64,000 nucleotides of DNA from an uncultured bacterium (GTDB lineage: Bacteria; Verrucomicrobiota; Kiritimatiellia; PWTM01). Location: the NCBI GenBank assembly GCA_938010045.1, contig CALLFZ010000036.1, positions 38,801 through 102,800 of the forward strand, given 5' to 3'. The translations under genes were made by a program, and so were the position numbers. Positions 10,110-18,386 of the stretch are shown here, piece after piece; within the stretch, counting starts at the first letter, position 1; each line of letters starts with the position of its first letter. The notes under the pieces were generated by a model. It was not told the DNA's origin. It made no database searches and saw only the letters and a program-made list of their open reading frames with translations.

Positions 10110-11383
10110 GGACTTCGGTAGGCACGGCCGAGCAACCGGTTGGCCTGTTCGTCGCCAACGAACCGCTCGGCCGCTGGATCCCACTGGAGCGGCCGCCGCA
10201 GCTGCATGGCGATATTGCCGAGGTTGCAGACTGTCGTCGTGCGGTGGCCGATTGCGAGGTCCGCGACGGGTCGCGCGCGCGTGCGGATGCAATCGAGGAA
10301 GTCCGCCATGTGCGCCACACCGCTGTCGCCCCGCGCGGCCGGGCCGCCGCCGACTTTCAGCAACGCGTCGTCACTGGCGCGCAGCTTCGAGCGCGAGACG
10401 TCGATCCAGCCCTGTTCGCCGATGAAGCGGACGTTGCCATCGAGGATGCCGTCGGTGCGGGTGCGTACGCGCAACCGCACGCCGTTGGCGTAGGTCGCCG
10501 TGAAGTCCACTCGCGTCGGCGCTGTGAACAACCCCGACGAGGGAAACTCGCCGAACCCCTCCACCGCGACCGGTCCGGAGTCGTCCATGCCGAGCGCCCA
10601 TTGTGCGATGTCAATGTAGTGCGCGCCCCAGTTTGTGGTTTGCCCGCCGGCGTAATCGAGGATGAAGCGGAACTGGTAGTGCGTACGCTGCGAAGTGTAC
10701 GGCGCCCACGGCGCGGGCCCGAGCCAGAAGTCGTAATCAAGCCCCTCCGGCACCGGTTCGGGCGACCACGTCGCGCCACAGTACATGTTGTTGGCCGGGA
10801 TCCGCACCTCGATGCGCTCGATGCGGCCAAGGCCACCGGCGCGGATCAGGTTCGCCACATAGCGGAACGAGCCATCCGAGCGCTGCATCGTGCCAGTCTG
10901 GCCAACGCGGTTGCGCGCGCGGAGCTCGGCGACCAGCACCCGCCCTTCCTCAATGCTGTGCGTGAGCGGCTTCTCGATCAACACGTCCTTGCCATGCCGG
11001 ATCGCATCGAGCGCGGGAAGCGCGTGCCAGTGATCGGGCGTGGAAATCACGACCGCGTCCACGCCCTCGCGCCGTGTGACCTCGCGGAAGTCGCCGGTGA
11101 CGAACACACCCCGTTCGCCCTGCGCGGCCTCTGCCATTGCGGCCGCCGCCTGCGCGTGCACGCGGTCCACGTCGCACACCGCCACGATGCGCGCGCCGCG
11201 GTCGCGCAGCTTCAGCAGCCGGTCCATGTTCGCGAGGCCCATACCGCCCACGCCGACCAGCGCGAACGCGATCTGGCGGCTCGGCGCATTGGCGCCCAGC
11301 ACGCGACTCGGCACGATCATCGGCGCGCCCGCCAACAGCCCGGTTCGCGCCAGGAAGGACCGACGGGACCACGCGGAGTTCAT
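10091..11383 (-). CDS. Tat-exported Gfo/Idh/MocA-family oxidoreductase (glycoside 3-dehydrogenase-like)
   Basis: MNSAWSRRSFLARTGLLAGAP carries a twin-arginine SRRSFL motif. IAFALVGVGGMGLANM is the NAD(P) Rossmann motif; EKPLTHSIEEG is the family motif. Confidence 0.75.
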   Translation of the reverse strand: MNSAWSRRSFLARTGLLAGAPMIVPSRVLGANAPSRQIAFALVGVGGMGLANMDRLLKLRDRGARIVAVCDVDRVHAQAAAAMAEAAQGERGVFVTGDFREVTRREGVDAVVISTPDHWHALPALDAIRHGKDVLIEKPLTHSIEEGRVLVAELRARNRVGQTGTMQRSDGSFRYVANLIRAGGLGRIERIEVRIPANNMYCGATWSPEPVPEGLDYDFWLGPAPWAPYTSQRTHYQFRFILDYAGGQTTNWGAHYIDIAQWALGMDDSGPVAVEGFGEFPSSGLFTAPTRVDFTATYANGVRLRVRTRTDGILDGNVRFIGEQGWIDVSRSKLRASDDALLKVGGGPAARGDSGVAHMADFLDCIRTRARPVADLAIGHRTTTVCNLGNIAMQLRRPLQWDPAAERFVGDEQANRLLGRAYRSPWSLLA

Positions 11384-11892
11384 CGGAGCACCCCCGTACG
11401 GCGGGCCTCGCGGGCGCGCAGCGTGCCCAGCAGCCCTTCGAGCGCGGCGCCGGTGAGGTGTGCACGCGCGGCTTCGAGCGCCCGGTCTGCTTCTCCACCC
11501 GGAATCATTTCGAGCGCGTACCGGGCCACGTCGCTCGTCTCCGGCCGCTCGAGCAGCGCCGCGAGCGCGGGCACCGAGGCGGCCGAACCGATCAACGCCA
11601 GCATCCGCACAATGAAGTCGCGGCCCTGCTCGCCGAGGTCCGGCCGGCCCAGCAGATCGAGCAGTTTCTGTTCGAGCACGGGATACTGCGCCGGATCCGC
11701 ATCGAACATCAGCGTCTGAATCTGCGAGGCGAGCGTGCGGTCGCCGCCAAATTTCATGCGTGCCGCTTCGACCCACGGATCGGGCGATCGCTTGAACTCT
11801 TGCATCCGGCCACCGGCGCTCTGGCTGCGTAGCGGATCGCTCTCAGCACGCGCTTCGGCCGCCGGCCGCGAGGGGGATGACGCGTTGCTCAT
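11380..11892 (-). CDS. small HEAT/PBS-lyase-like repeat protein (hypothetical)
   Basis: 170-aa ORF with repeated LG-P--L--L-- units. Its stop overlaps the ATG of the oxidoreductase gene (ATGA at 11380-11383). Confidence 0.35.
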   Translation of the reverse strand: MSNASSPSRPAAEARAESDPLRSQSAGGRMQEFKRSPDPWVEAARMKFGGDRTLASQIQTLMFDADPAQYPVLEQKLLDLLGRPDLGEQGRDFIVRMLALIGSAASVPALAALLERPETSDVARYALEMIPGGEADRALEAARAHLTGAALEGLLGTLRAREARRTGVLR

Positions 11893-11926
11893 CTCGGAGT
11901 CTCTCCGCGGGCGCCCGGGCCGTCGC

Positions 11927-12655
11927 TCAGTTCGGCTCGAGCACCCGGATCTTCAGGTTTCGATACGACACCTCATCGTTGTGGTCTTGCAAGAGAAGAT
12001 GCCCATCCGCCCAGTTGGCGAAGTCAGGCATGTTCGAGAATTTGCTCTTCGTGAGCGCCGCGCGGAATTCCTCTGAGCCGCGCTCATACTCGAGCACCTT
12101 CACGCCGTTGAGCCAGTGCTCGACGCGCCGCCCGTTGACCACGATGCGACCCTCGTTCCACTCGCCCGGCGGTCGCAGCGTCTTCTCCTTCGAGGCCGGC
12201 AGCACGTCGTAGAGCGCGGCCGTTGTGCGTGAGCCGTCCGCACGCAGCTTGGCGTCGGGGTGGCGCTGGTCGTCCAAGACCTGGTATTCAGGGCCGATGC
12301 CGTGCGAGCCCTGCGCGCGCGCCGGGTCCACCAGATACTTCACTCCACTGTTCGCCCCGGGCGTGAGCCGGAATTCGAAGCGGAAGTCGAAGTTCGAAAA
12401 CCGCTCGTTTGTGATAAGGTCGCCCGCCTTCGAATTCTTCCGAATCGTGATCGTGCCATTCGTGACGACCCAGCCGGGTGCGATCGCGGGCTTGTTCAAA
12501 CTCTGCCATCCCTCGAGCGTCCGACCGTCGAAGAGCAGCCGCCATCCCTGGGCCTGCTCCTCCGGCGTTAGTTGGTTGGGCTCTGCCGCCCGAAGACCCC
12601 CCGTCCCGAGCACGAGAAGGGCGCCGACGATGATCCTGCGTTGAACGGTTCTCAT
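11927..12655 (-). CDS. DUF1080 / 3-keto-disaccharide hydrolase family (PF06439) exported protein
   Basis: Signal peptide MRTVQRRIIVGALLVLGTGGLRAAEP, then GWRLLFDGRTLEGWQ and the DFRFEFRL / GANSGVKY signature typical of DUF1080. Confidence 0.7.
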   Translation of the reverse strand: MRTVQRRIIVGALLVLGTGGLRAAEPNQLTPEEQAQGWRLLFDGRTLEGWQSLNKPAIAPGWVVTNGTITIRKNSKAGDLITNERFSNFDFRFEFRLTPGANSGVKYLVDPARAQGSHGIGPEYQVLDDQRHPDAKLRADGSRTTAALYDVLPASKEKTLRPPGEWNEGRIVVNGRRVEHWLNGVKVLEYERGSEEFRAALTKSKFSNMPDFANWADGHLLLQDHNDEVSYRNLKIRVLEPN

Positions 12656-12796
12656 GTCCGAATCTCCGGATGTTCGTCGCTCACGCTATCAGGGCCATCG
12701 GCCGCGCGCAAATGTCGTGAGCGGCCGGACGCCCTCCTCGCGAGGACTACGCACGCCGCGCGTTCCTCGCTCGGCCAAGGAACGTCGCCGGCGGCT

Positions 12797-13891
12797 CTAC
12801 AGCAAGACCTGCACGCCCACGAGCCACTGGCTGGGGCTGTCGCCCCAGCGATACTCGACGCCGCCGCGGATGTTGTGCCCCTTGCCGAAAATGTGGACGC
12901 CCACCGTGTAATCCTCCGACGTTGCGCTCGCGTCGGGATCCTGCCAACTGTACTTCGCCACCGGCATCACCTTGCCGATCAACACGCCGGTCTCGATGAA
13001 CGCTGTGTGGCCGCGAAACAGCGCGTTGTCCCAGTCGTACCACGCTGCGTTCAGCGTAAGACCCACCCCGCCGACTTCGAAGCCCGACTGCAAATCCACC
13101 ACCCAGTTCTCGGAATCAACGATCTCCGGCGGTGGCACGGGACCCGTCTGCCCCTCCGGAAGAGCCACCACGAGCTGCGTCGCCTTGTCCTGCCGGTCAA
13201 TGCCCGCGCCGATCGAGAGGTAGTCGCCGCTCTTGCCCAGCCGGCACTGGTTGAAGAACCAGCCGGACTCGGCCTCGCCGATCAGATTCACCGCCAAGTG
13301 CCCCGTCAGCCGCAGATCCGCGTCGGGGTTCTTGTCGCCGCCGCTCTCATCGTAGCCATCGAAGACGCCCACAAAGTAGGCGATGCGCTTCCCCCAAAAC
13401 GTGCCGTGCAGCTCGGCGCCGATGTCCCGCCACACGAACGTGTTCGGGAGTTTTAGCACTTCGACGTTGTAATCGTGGCCGAGCAGCGTCGTCGCGCCCG
13501 AGCGGCTCTCGAACGAGAAGGGCAGCAGAATCAGACCGGCCTTGAACCAGTGGTCGTCGAGGTACGGGAGACGCAGGTCCACGAAGACATCCTGCATCTT
13601 GATTTCATTCGGCGAGCCGTGGCGGCCCGCATTCGGACTGTCCGTTTCGGCAAAGAACTGTACACCATCCATGACTTGGCCCGAGACGATGATCCGTGCA
13701 CGCCGGATGAAAACATCTGTTTCCGGCGTCCCATCCTCGGTCTGAGTGGCCTGGACCTGGCCGAGAAATCCGAACTGCATCCAACTGTCCGGTCCGAGTT
13801 CGAGCTTCGGGCCCGCAAGGGCGGCACCCGGAGCGAAGACAACCCCAGTCACCAGGGGGATCAGCGCAGCGAATCGGCGAGCAATATTCAT
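12797..13891 (-). CDS. putative outer-membrane porin (beta-barrel)
   Basis: Start MNIARRFAALIPLVTGVVFAPGAALA (signal peptide). Alternating hydrophobic and aromatic beta-strand pattern; C-terminal GVQVLL. Confidence 0.45.
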   Translation of the reverse strand: MNIARRFAALIPLVTGVVFAPGAALAGPKLELGPDSWMQFGFLGQVQATQTEDGTPETDVFIRRARIIVSGQVMDGVQFFAETDSPNAGRHGSPNEIKMQDVFVDLRLPYLDDHWFKAGLILLPFSFESRSGATTLLGHDYNVEVLKLPNTFVWRDIGAELHGTFWGKRIAYFVGVFDGYDESGGDKNPDADLRLTGHLAVNLIGEAESGWFFNQCRLGKSGDYLSIGAGIDRQDKATQLVVALPEGQTGPVPPPEIVDSENWVVDLQSGFEVGGVGLTLNAAWYDWDNALFRGHTAFIETGVLIGKVMPVAKYSWQDPDASATSEDYTVGVHIFGKGHNIRGGVEYRWGDSPSQWLVGVQVLL

Positions 13892-14317
13892 TGTTCCTTT
13901 GTCCTCCCGCTGGTGCCTCCGCCGCCCTCCACACCATCCGCGGCGAACCACACAGCTTCCAGAGTCAGTATGCGTGGGCATCGCGAGAAACTCAATCCGA
14001 CCGCAACGATGCGGAACCGTTGGCGCGGCGGAGAACGAGCGGCAAACAAAAACGTCGGTGACGGGTGGCGAACATCGTTGACCCCAACGCCCCCGCGCTA
14101 TACGCCGGTTGTTCCCGCCGATCCCCTAAAACACGAAATTTTCGATCCTTCAGGCCTCGACGCGGGTACAGGCTGCGGGAGATTAGCCATTCGCAGGCCT
14201 TGGATGGTCGGGTTCCGCCCCGACCCTACGGCCAATGCCTATGCTTCGGCAATTCGCGGACGGCGGGGACGCCGTCCCTCCAATGAAATCGCCAGCCTCT
14301 GTCCCGAGCCTCGCGCG

Positions 14318-14385
14318 TGTGCCTGTCCCCATGCTCTGTCCCCAGCCTCCGACCTTTTACGCCGGCCGTTCATGTGCCTGTCCCT
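14318..14385 (+). repeat. island B of the dispersed GTGCCTGTCCCCA repeat (2 copies plus a degenerate ctctgtcccca)
   Basis: tgtGCCTGTCCCCAtgctCTGTCCCCA at ~14318-14344 and catGTGCCTGTCCCTa at ~14371-14386. Confidence 0.65.
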
Positions 14386-14594
14386 ATCCTCAGTGGTAGG
14401 ACGCTGGCCGGGCTCGGGCGGTGAGCTGGCGGCGTGAAGTACCATGGGGTTGCCCAAGCCATCCGAGGCTTCGCGAACAAGATAAAGCGCCCTGACGTGC
14501 GTTCTGCCTGCATCGAAGACACAAAACGCCCCGATCAATGTTCAAATTTTTTGATGCAACCCCGAAGAAAGATCAGGTGATACAATCGTTAGAG

Positions 14595-15707
14595 CTAGCG
14601 ATAGGGCGAGGAGTGTACGCGGAAAAATCGGCTGGTCCATGCGCCAGCCGGGACTTCAACCGTGACGTTACGATCGGCCGCGATCAGGTTCGTCGCGCCC
14701 GCCCAAGGTGCCCAACTGACGGGCGAGATCAACGAGTCGGCCGTCTCGAGTGTTGACTGGATATTGCGAGGCACAAACCATGAGAGCTGCCACGCTGGAC
14801 CCGAGGTCGCGACCACCGCGATCATCGGAACGGGAAAAGCGACGGGCGCTGCGTTGAGGCCGGCCACCCACGACACCCACGCGCCCTGACCCGGCACGCC
14901 CCATCGCAACTGGCCCACGGCGGCGGCCACCGAATCCGTCACGGCGCTCCCTACACCTTCTTCGAACCGGAACCACGCGGCCAAGCCCATGCGCTCTTCC
15001 GGCGGCAGCACGCGCCACATCACGTTGCTGATCTCACCCGCTGCAAGCGCGCGTGTCCAGATGCGAAACTCATCCAGATCGCCGCGAAAGGACGGATATT
15101 CCGGCCCCGCATCATGTTTTTCGGCGCCGAGCACCAGAAACGGATCGGAGTCCGGCCATGCGGTTGTGCGTCCGATACGGTAGGCCAAATTCCCCGGCGG
15201 CCCCGCCCCGGCGGCGTCCAGCGCCCCGTCCACATGGATGCGCATTGCGCCGGTGGATTGCCGCACCAGCGCCACATGATGCCATGCGCCATCACCGACG
15301 TTGCGTCCGCCGACGATCGTGTGTCCCCAGCTTCCGTTGTGCGCCCCGAACGCCAGCACGCAGGTGGCTCCAACCCGCCCGATCGCCACGCCAAAATCGC
15401 CATAATCGCCACCGCCGTATACATCACGGTCCACAATAATGTTGCCGGTGATCCATCCGTCCCCATTGGCGCCGCTCTGCACGGTGCCAGCGTTGTTCGA
15501 CCACGACGCCCGCATCCAGAACTCGATCGTAAAGTCTCCGCCGACATTCACCGCCGGCGCCGTGACCAGCGGGATCTTCACTCGATCGGTTTGTCCCGTT
15601 CCAACACCATGAAACCGAACCGCGAACCGCGACCCCTGAGCGGCCGACGCGAAAGCCACCGCGGTCAGTGCAGACGCGCACACATACCAGATGCAGGTCA
15701 GCCTCAT
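14595..15707 (-). CDS. secreted LamG / concanavalin-A-like lectin-glucanase domain protein
   Basis: Signal peptide MRLTCIWYVCASALTAVAFASAAQ. Contains FTIEFWMRASW, AWHHVALV and DLDEFRIWTRAL, the pattern typical of Laminin_G_3. Confidence 0.6.
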   Translation of the reverse strand: MRLTCIWYVCASALTAVAFASAAQGSRFAVRFHGVGTGQTDRVKIPLVTAPAVNVGGDFTIEFWMRASWSNNAGTVQSGANGDGWITGNIIVDRDVYGGGDYGDFGVAIGRVGATCVLAFGAHNGSWGHTIVGGRNVGDGAWHHVALVRQSTGAMRIHVDGALDAAGAGPPGNLAYRIGRTTAWPDSDPFLVLGAEKHDAGPEYPSFRGDLDEFRIWTRALAAGEISNVMWRVLPPEERMGLAAWFRFEEGVGSAVTDSVAAAVGQLRWGVPGQGAWVSWVAGLNAAPVAFPVPMIAVVATSGPAWQLSWFVPRNIQSTLETADSLISPVSWAPWAGATNLIAADRNVTVEVPAGAWTSRFFRVHSSPYR

Positions 15708-16711
15708 CACCGCATGGATTCCGAGCCAAGATAGCCCGGCACCATCGGTGTTCAACGAGAGCGTGTCGTGCAGGCGGCTCGACTTACAACCATCTCCATC
15801 GCCGCATCACGTGCTCAGAATCACCCACACGCGCTCCAACGGATGGACCGCCAGACTCCTGAATGCCCGCGCACGGCGGTCATGCTGATGGCTTTGACGA
15901 TGCTCGTATCCCCGCGCCATCGGCAACGAGATTGGCCCATGGCGGCCGCGCACGGACGAACCCCACGACACGGTCGAGGACTGGCGCCGCAATTGGCCGG
16001 CATGCGAATCCGAAGACGGGGTGGCCGTCGGCCGGGTTTCGATCGCGCGCAAGGAGGGCACACACGGGTGGCGGATCACCATTGCGCCCGGCCGCATCGG
16101 GCTGGCGGACGGCGGCGTGGGCTGGTGATGGCGTTTCACGAAAAGAACGATGGACCTCCGCGGAGCTCAACGACCCGCTGCGTCTCGAGCCGGTCTTTCA
16201 GTTTGTGAACGGCGGAAAACTGGCAGGGTTGTGCGGAGGCCGCCGCACCGTCTCCGGCGGGATGGACGGCCCCGGATACGACGGATAGACAGCGTAGCCC
16301 CTGTGGCGACGTGGGCGACGAGGCGAGGCCCAGGTGTACCACGCCGCGAAGACCAACGACGATGATGACCTCATCCCCTTTCCGGAGGATTACCGGCACC
16401 GAGCCCCTGGCCGACTGCGTGTGTGGGCGTCCGATGTGAGCGGCTGTCTGGTGCGGGTGCTCGAACGTGGTGACCTGCGGTTCCGACGGACGCCGGCGAT
16501 CGGCATGGAGAGCGTACTCCGAGATATTCTACGTCGGCGCCGACGAGAGCTGGGCGCCGACCGAGGCGTGCTCATGGCATCTCACGAATCGACGGATTCG
16601 AGCGCCTGTGGCCCGCTCTCCCTCCAGCGGCTGCCCGCGAACTCCCACCGCACTGCCAGCGGCGGGGCGCGCCACACCCAACGCTGAACGCGACCTCGTC
16701 CGGGGCTTGCG

Positions 16712-17257
16712 TTATTGCCGTAGGTACGTGCCGACCAATTCCGCGGTGGCCAGCACATGTCCCTTCATCGCGGCCTCGAGCTGGGCCCGGTTTGCGCGCG
16801 GCGGCAGATCCAGCATCGTGTCCAACGCATAGAGGCGGAAGTGGTAATGGTGCACTCCGCTGCCGCGCGGAGGCATCGGACCGTTGTAGCCGAGCCGGGG
16901 CCAACTGTTCATGCCCTGCCGCGCGCCGCCGAGAGTGTCCACCGTGTCGTGTTTCGCGACGCCTTCGGGCAACTCGGTCACGTTCGATGGAATGTTCCAG
17001 ATCAGCCAGTGGTCCCAGACCTTGCCAGCTACGCGCACCGCATCTGGATCGTCGCAGATCAGCGCGTACGACTTCACGCCGGCCGGCGCACCAGTCCACG
17101 TGAGCGGCGGCGAGATGTCCGCGCCTTCACCGGTGTACTTCGCGGGTATCGCCTGATGTGGGCCGAAGGCCGTGCTGCTCAGTTTCATGACACCCTCCCC
17201 GGCACTCACCATGCCCAACACCACCGCCGCCCCAGCGGCGGCCCACCACCAACCCAT
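16712..17257 (-). CDS. YbhB/YbcL-family (PEBP/Raf-kinase-inhibitor-like) protein with signal peptide
   Basis: Start MGWWWAAAGAAVVLGMVSAGEG, then PPLTWTG, YALICDDPDA, WDHWLIWNIP and GVHHYHFRLYALD. The upstream 1.2 kb of the same open frame is Arg-rich noise. Confidence 0.75.
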   Translation of the reverse strand: MGWWWAAAGAAVVLGMVSAGEGVMKLSSTAFGPHQAIPAKYTGEGADISPPLTWTGAPAGVKSYALICDDPDAVRVAGKVWDHWLIWNIPSNVTELPEGVAKHDTVDTLGGARQGMNSWPRLGYNGPMPPRGSGVHHYHFRLYALDTMLDLPPRANRAQLEAAMKGHVLATAELVGTYLRQ

Positions 17258-17539
17258 CCGATGATGCTTCACCACACCAGCGAATATACCACGTCCGCGA
17301 CTCCGAGACGACCCCGCACGTGTCGCAGCAGCCAGCTCCATGATGGACAACAACGACCACCGTGCAAGGATCTTGGTGGGCCGAACGGCAGAGACCGACG
17401 CGGGGCCAGGAGAGATCCAAGGCCGTGGCCGTCTTCCGCGCGGCATTCTTCGCCATGGGCATTCGTGCTGCCCGCGCGCGGAGTCATCGGCTGTGCAATG
17501 GGACCTTGAACAATCGGCGATCGAAGGTATGTTGATCCC

Positions 17540-17896
17540 ATGGATCCACGCGGACTCAAGGTTCGGACGCCGCGGCGGGTGGTTGCCATCGCGATACTGG
17601 TGGTCGCCGCTGGCGCCGTGGACATAACCCGAGCGGTGGTTGTACCGGATGGCTGCGAATGCGCCACGACGACATGTTCGCCGCGCGAGGGGGGCCCCGC
17701 GTGCGGATGCCCGTGTGTTCCCGTCTGCCCCTGCGAGGCCGCCGGCCCAACACCTGGCCCGCTTATGTGCGTAGCTCCCGAAAGCGACGGAACAATGGTG
17801 AATTGGCCTGTGATCGCGATTTCCGAGCCTCAATCTTTGAAGCCTGCGAGCCGCACGGAGCGGCCGCCCGTGCCGCCTCCCATCCCGACCGTCTGA
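17540..17896 (+). CDS. candidate small membrane-anchored Cys-rich protein (hypothetical)
   Basis: N-terminus RRVVAIAILVVAAGAV (TM or signal segment), then the Cys cluster CECATTTCSPREGGPACGCPCVPVCPCE. GC3 is only moderate, so this may still be a chance ORF. Confidence 0.3.
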   Translation: MDPRGLKVRTPRRVVAIAILVVAAGAVDITRAVVVPDGCECATTTCSPREGGPACGCPCVPVCPCEAAGPTPGPLMCVAPESDGTMVNWPVIAISEPQSLKPASRTERPPVPPPIPTV

Positions 17897-17977
17897 CCCC
17901 TGTTGATGGAAGTGTCCTGTGGGACTTCCATCGGTTCGGTCGAGGACATTCACAACCTGCGGTAAGGAGTGTTCAAG

Positions 17978-18217
17978 ATGAAGACATTCTCGCGAAGATT
18001 CGCGATCACTACGGCCGCGCTGCTGATGGCGTTTCCGCTCGTGGCGGGCGCGGCCGAGGGGCGCCGTGCGGGATGCAAGGGCGCGGCCCAGGGCTCGAAG
18101 TGCGCGTGTTGTCAGTGCGATCCGTGCAACTGCAATCCGTGCACGTGCTGCGGCGGCAACCGCGGCGGCGAGACGGGTTCGGGTGGCTCGGCCTGCGGCG
18201 CCGTGAAGGCGAAGTAG
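17978..18217 (+). CDS. small secreted Cys-rich peptide (metallothionein-like or RiPP-like; hypothetical)
   Basis: AAGGAG sits 8 nt upstream of ATG (MKTFSRRFAITTAALLMAFPLVAGA, a signal peptide). The mature ~50 aa has 11 Cys (GCKGAAQGSKCACCQCDPCNCNPCTCCGG...SAC). GC3 is high, and a strong terminator follows directly. Confidence 0.5.
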   Translation: MKTFSRRFAITTAALLMAFPLVAGAAEGRRAGCKGAAQGSKCACCQCDPCNCNPCTCCGGNRGGETGSGGSACGAVKAK

Positions 18218-18239
18218 TCCGCATTCCACTGGACGGTCG

Positions 18240-18274
18240 GCCGCCCGGGGCCTGGGGCCCCGGGCGGCTTTTTT
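18240..18274 (+). terminator. rho-independent terminator
   Basis: gccgcccggggcc-tgg-ggccccgggcggc forms a 13-bp GC stem with a 3-nt loop, followed by TTTTTT. Confidence 0.7.
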
Positions 18275-18386
18275 CCGGTCGGAAACGCTTTGGATCAGCC
18301 ATCTATCGGAACGCAGCCGGGTCGAGACGGGGTCGGTTTTCCTCCCGACGGCGGCAAGAGATGTGGAACTTGTGCGAAACCTCCGG

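Noticed and set aside
13475-14437. 320-aa plus-strand ORF spanning the porin start and repeat island B
   Set aside because: It overlaps the porin gene in antisense. Composition is noise-like and there is no start context.
16136-16399. Minus-strand ORF starting MPVILRKGDEVIIVVG (KOW/L24-like N-terminus)
   Set aside because: Similarity limited to ~20 aa. The remainder is Pro/Ser/Ala-rich noise and there is no ribosomal-protein context.
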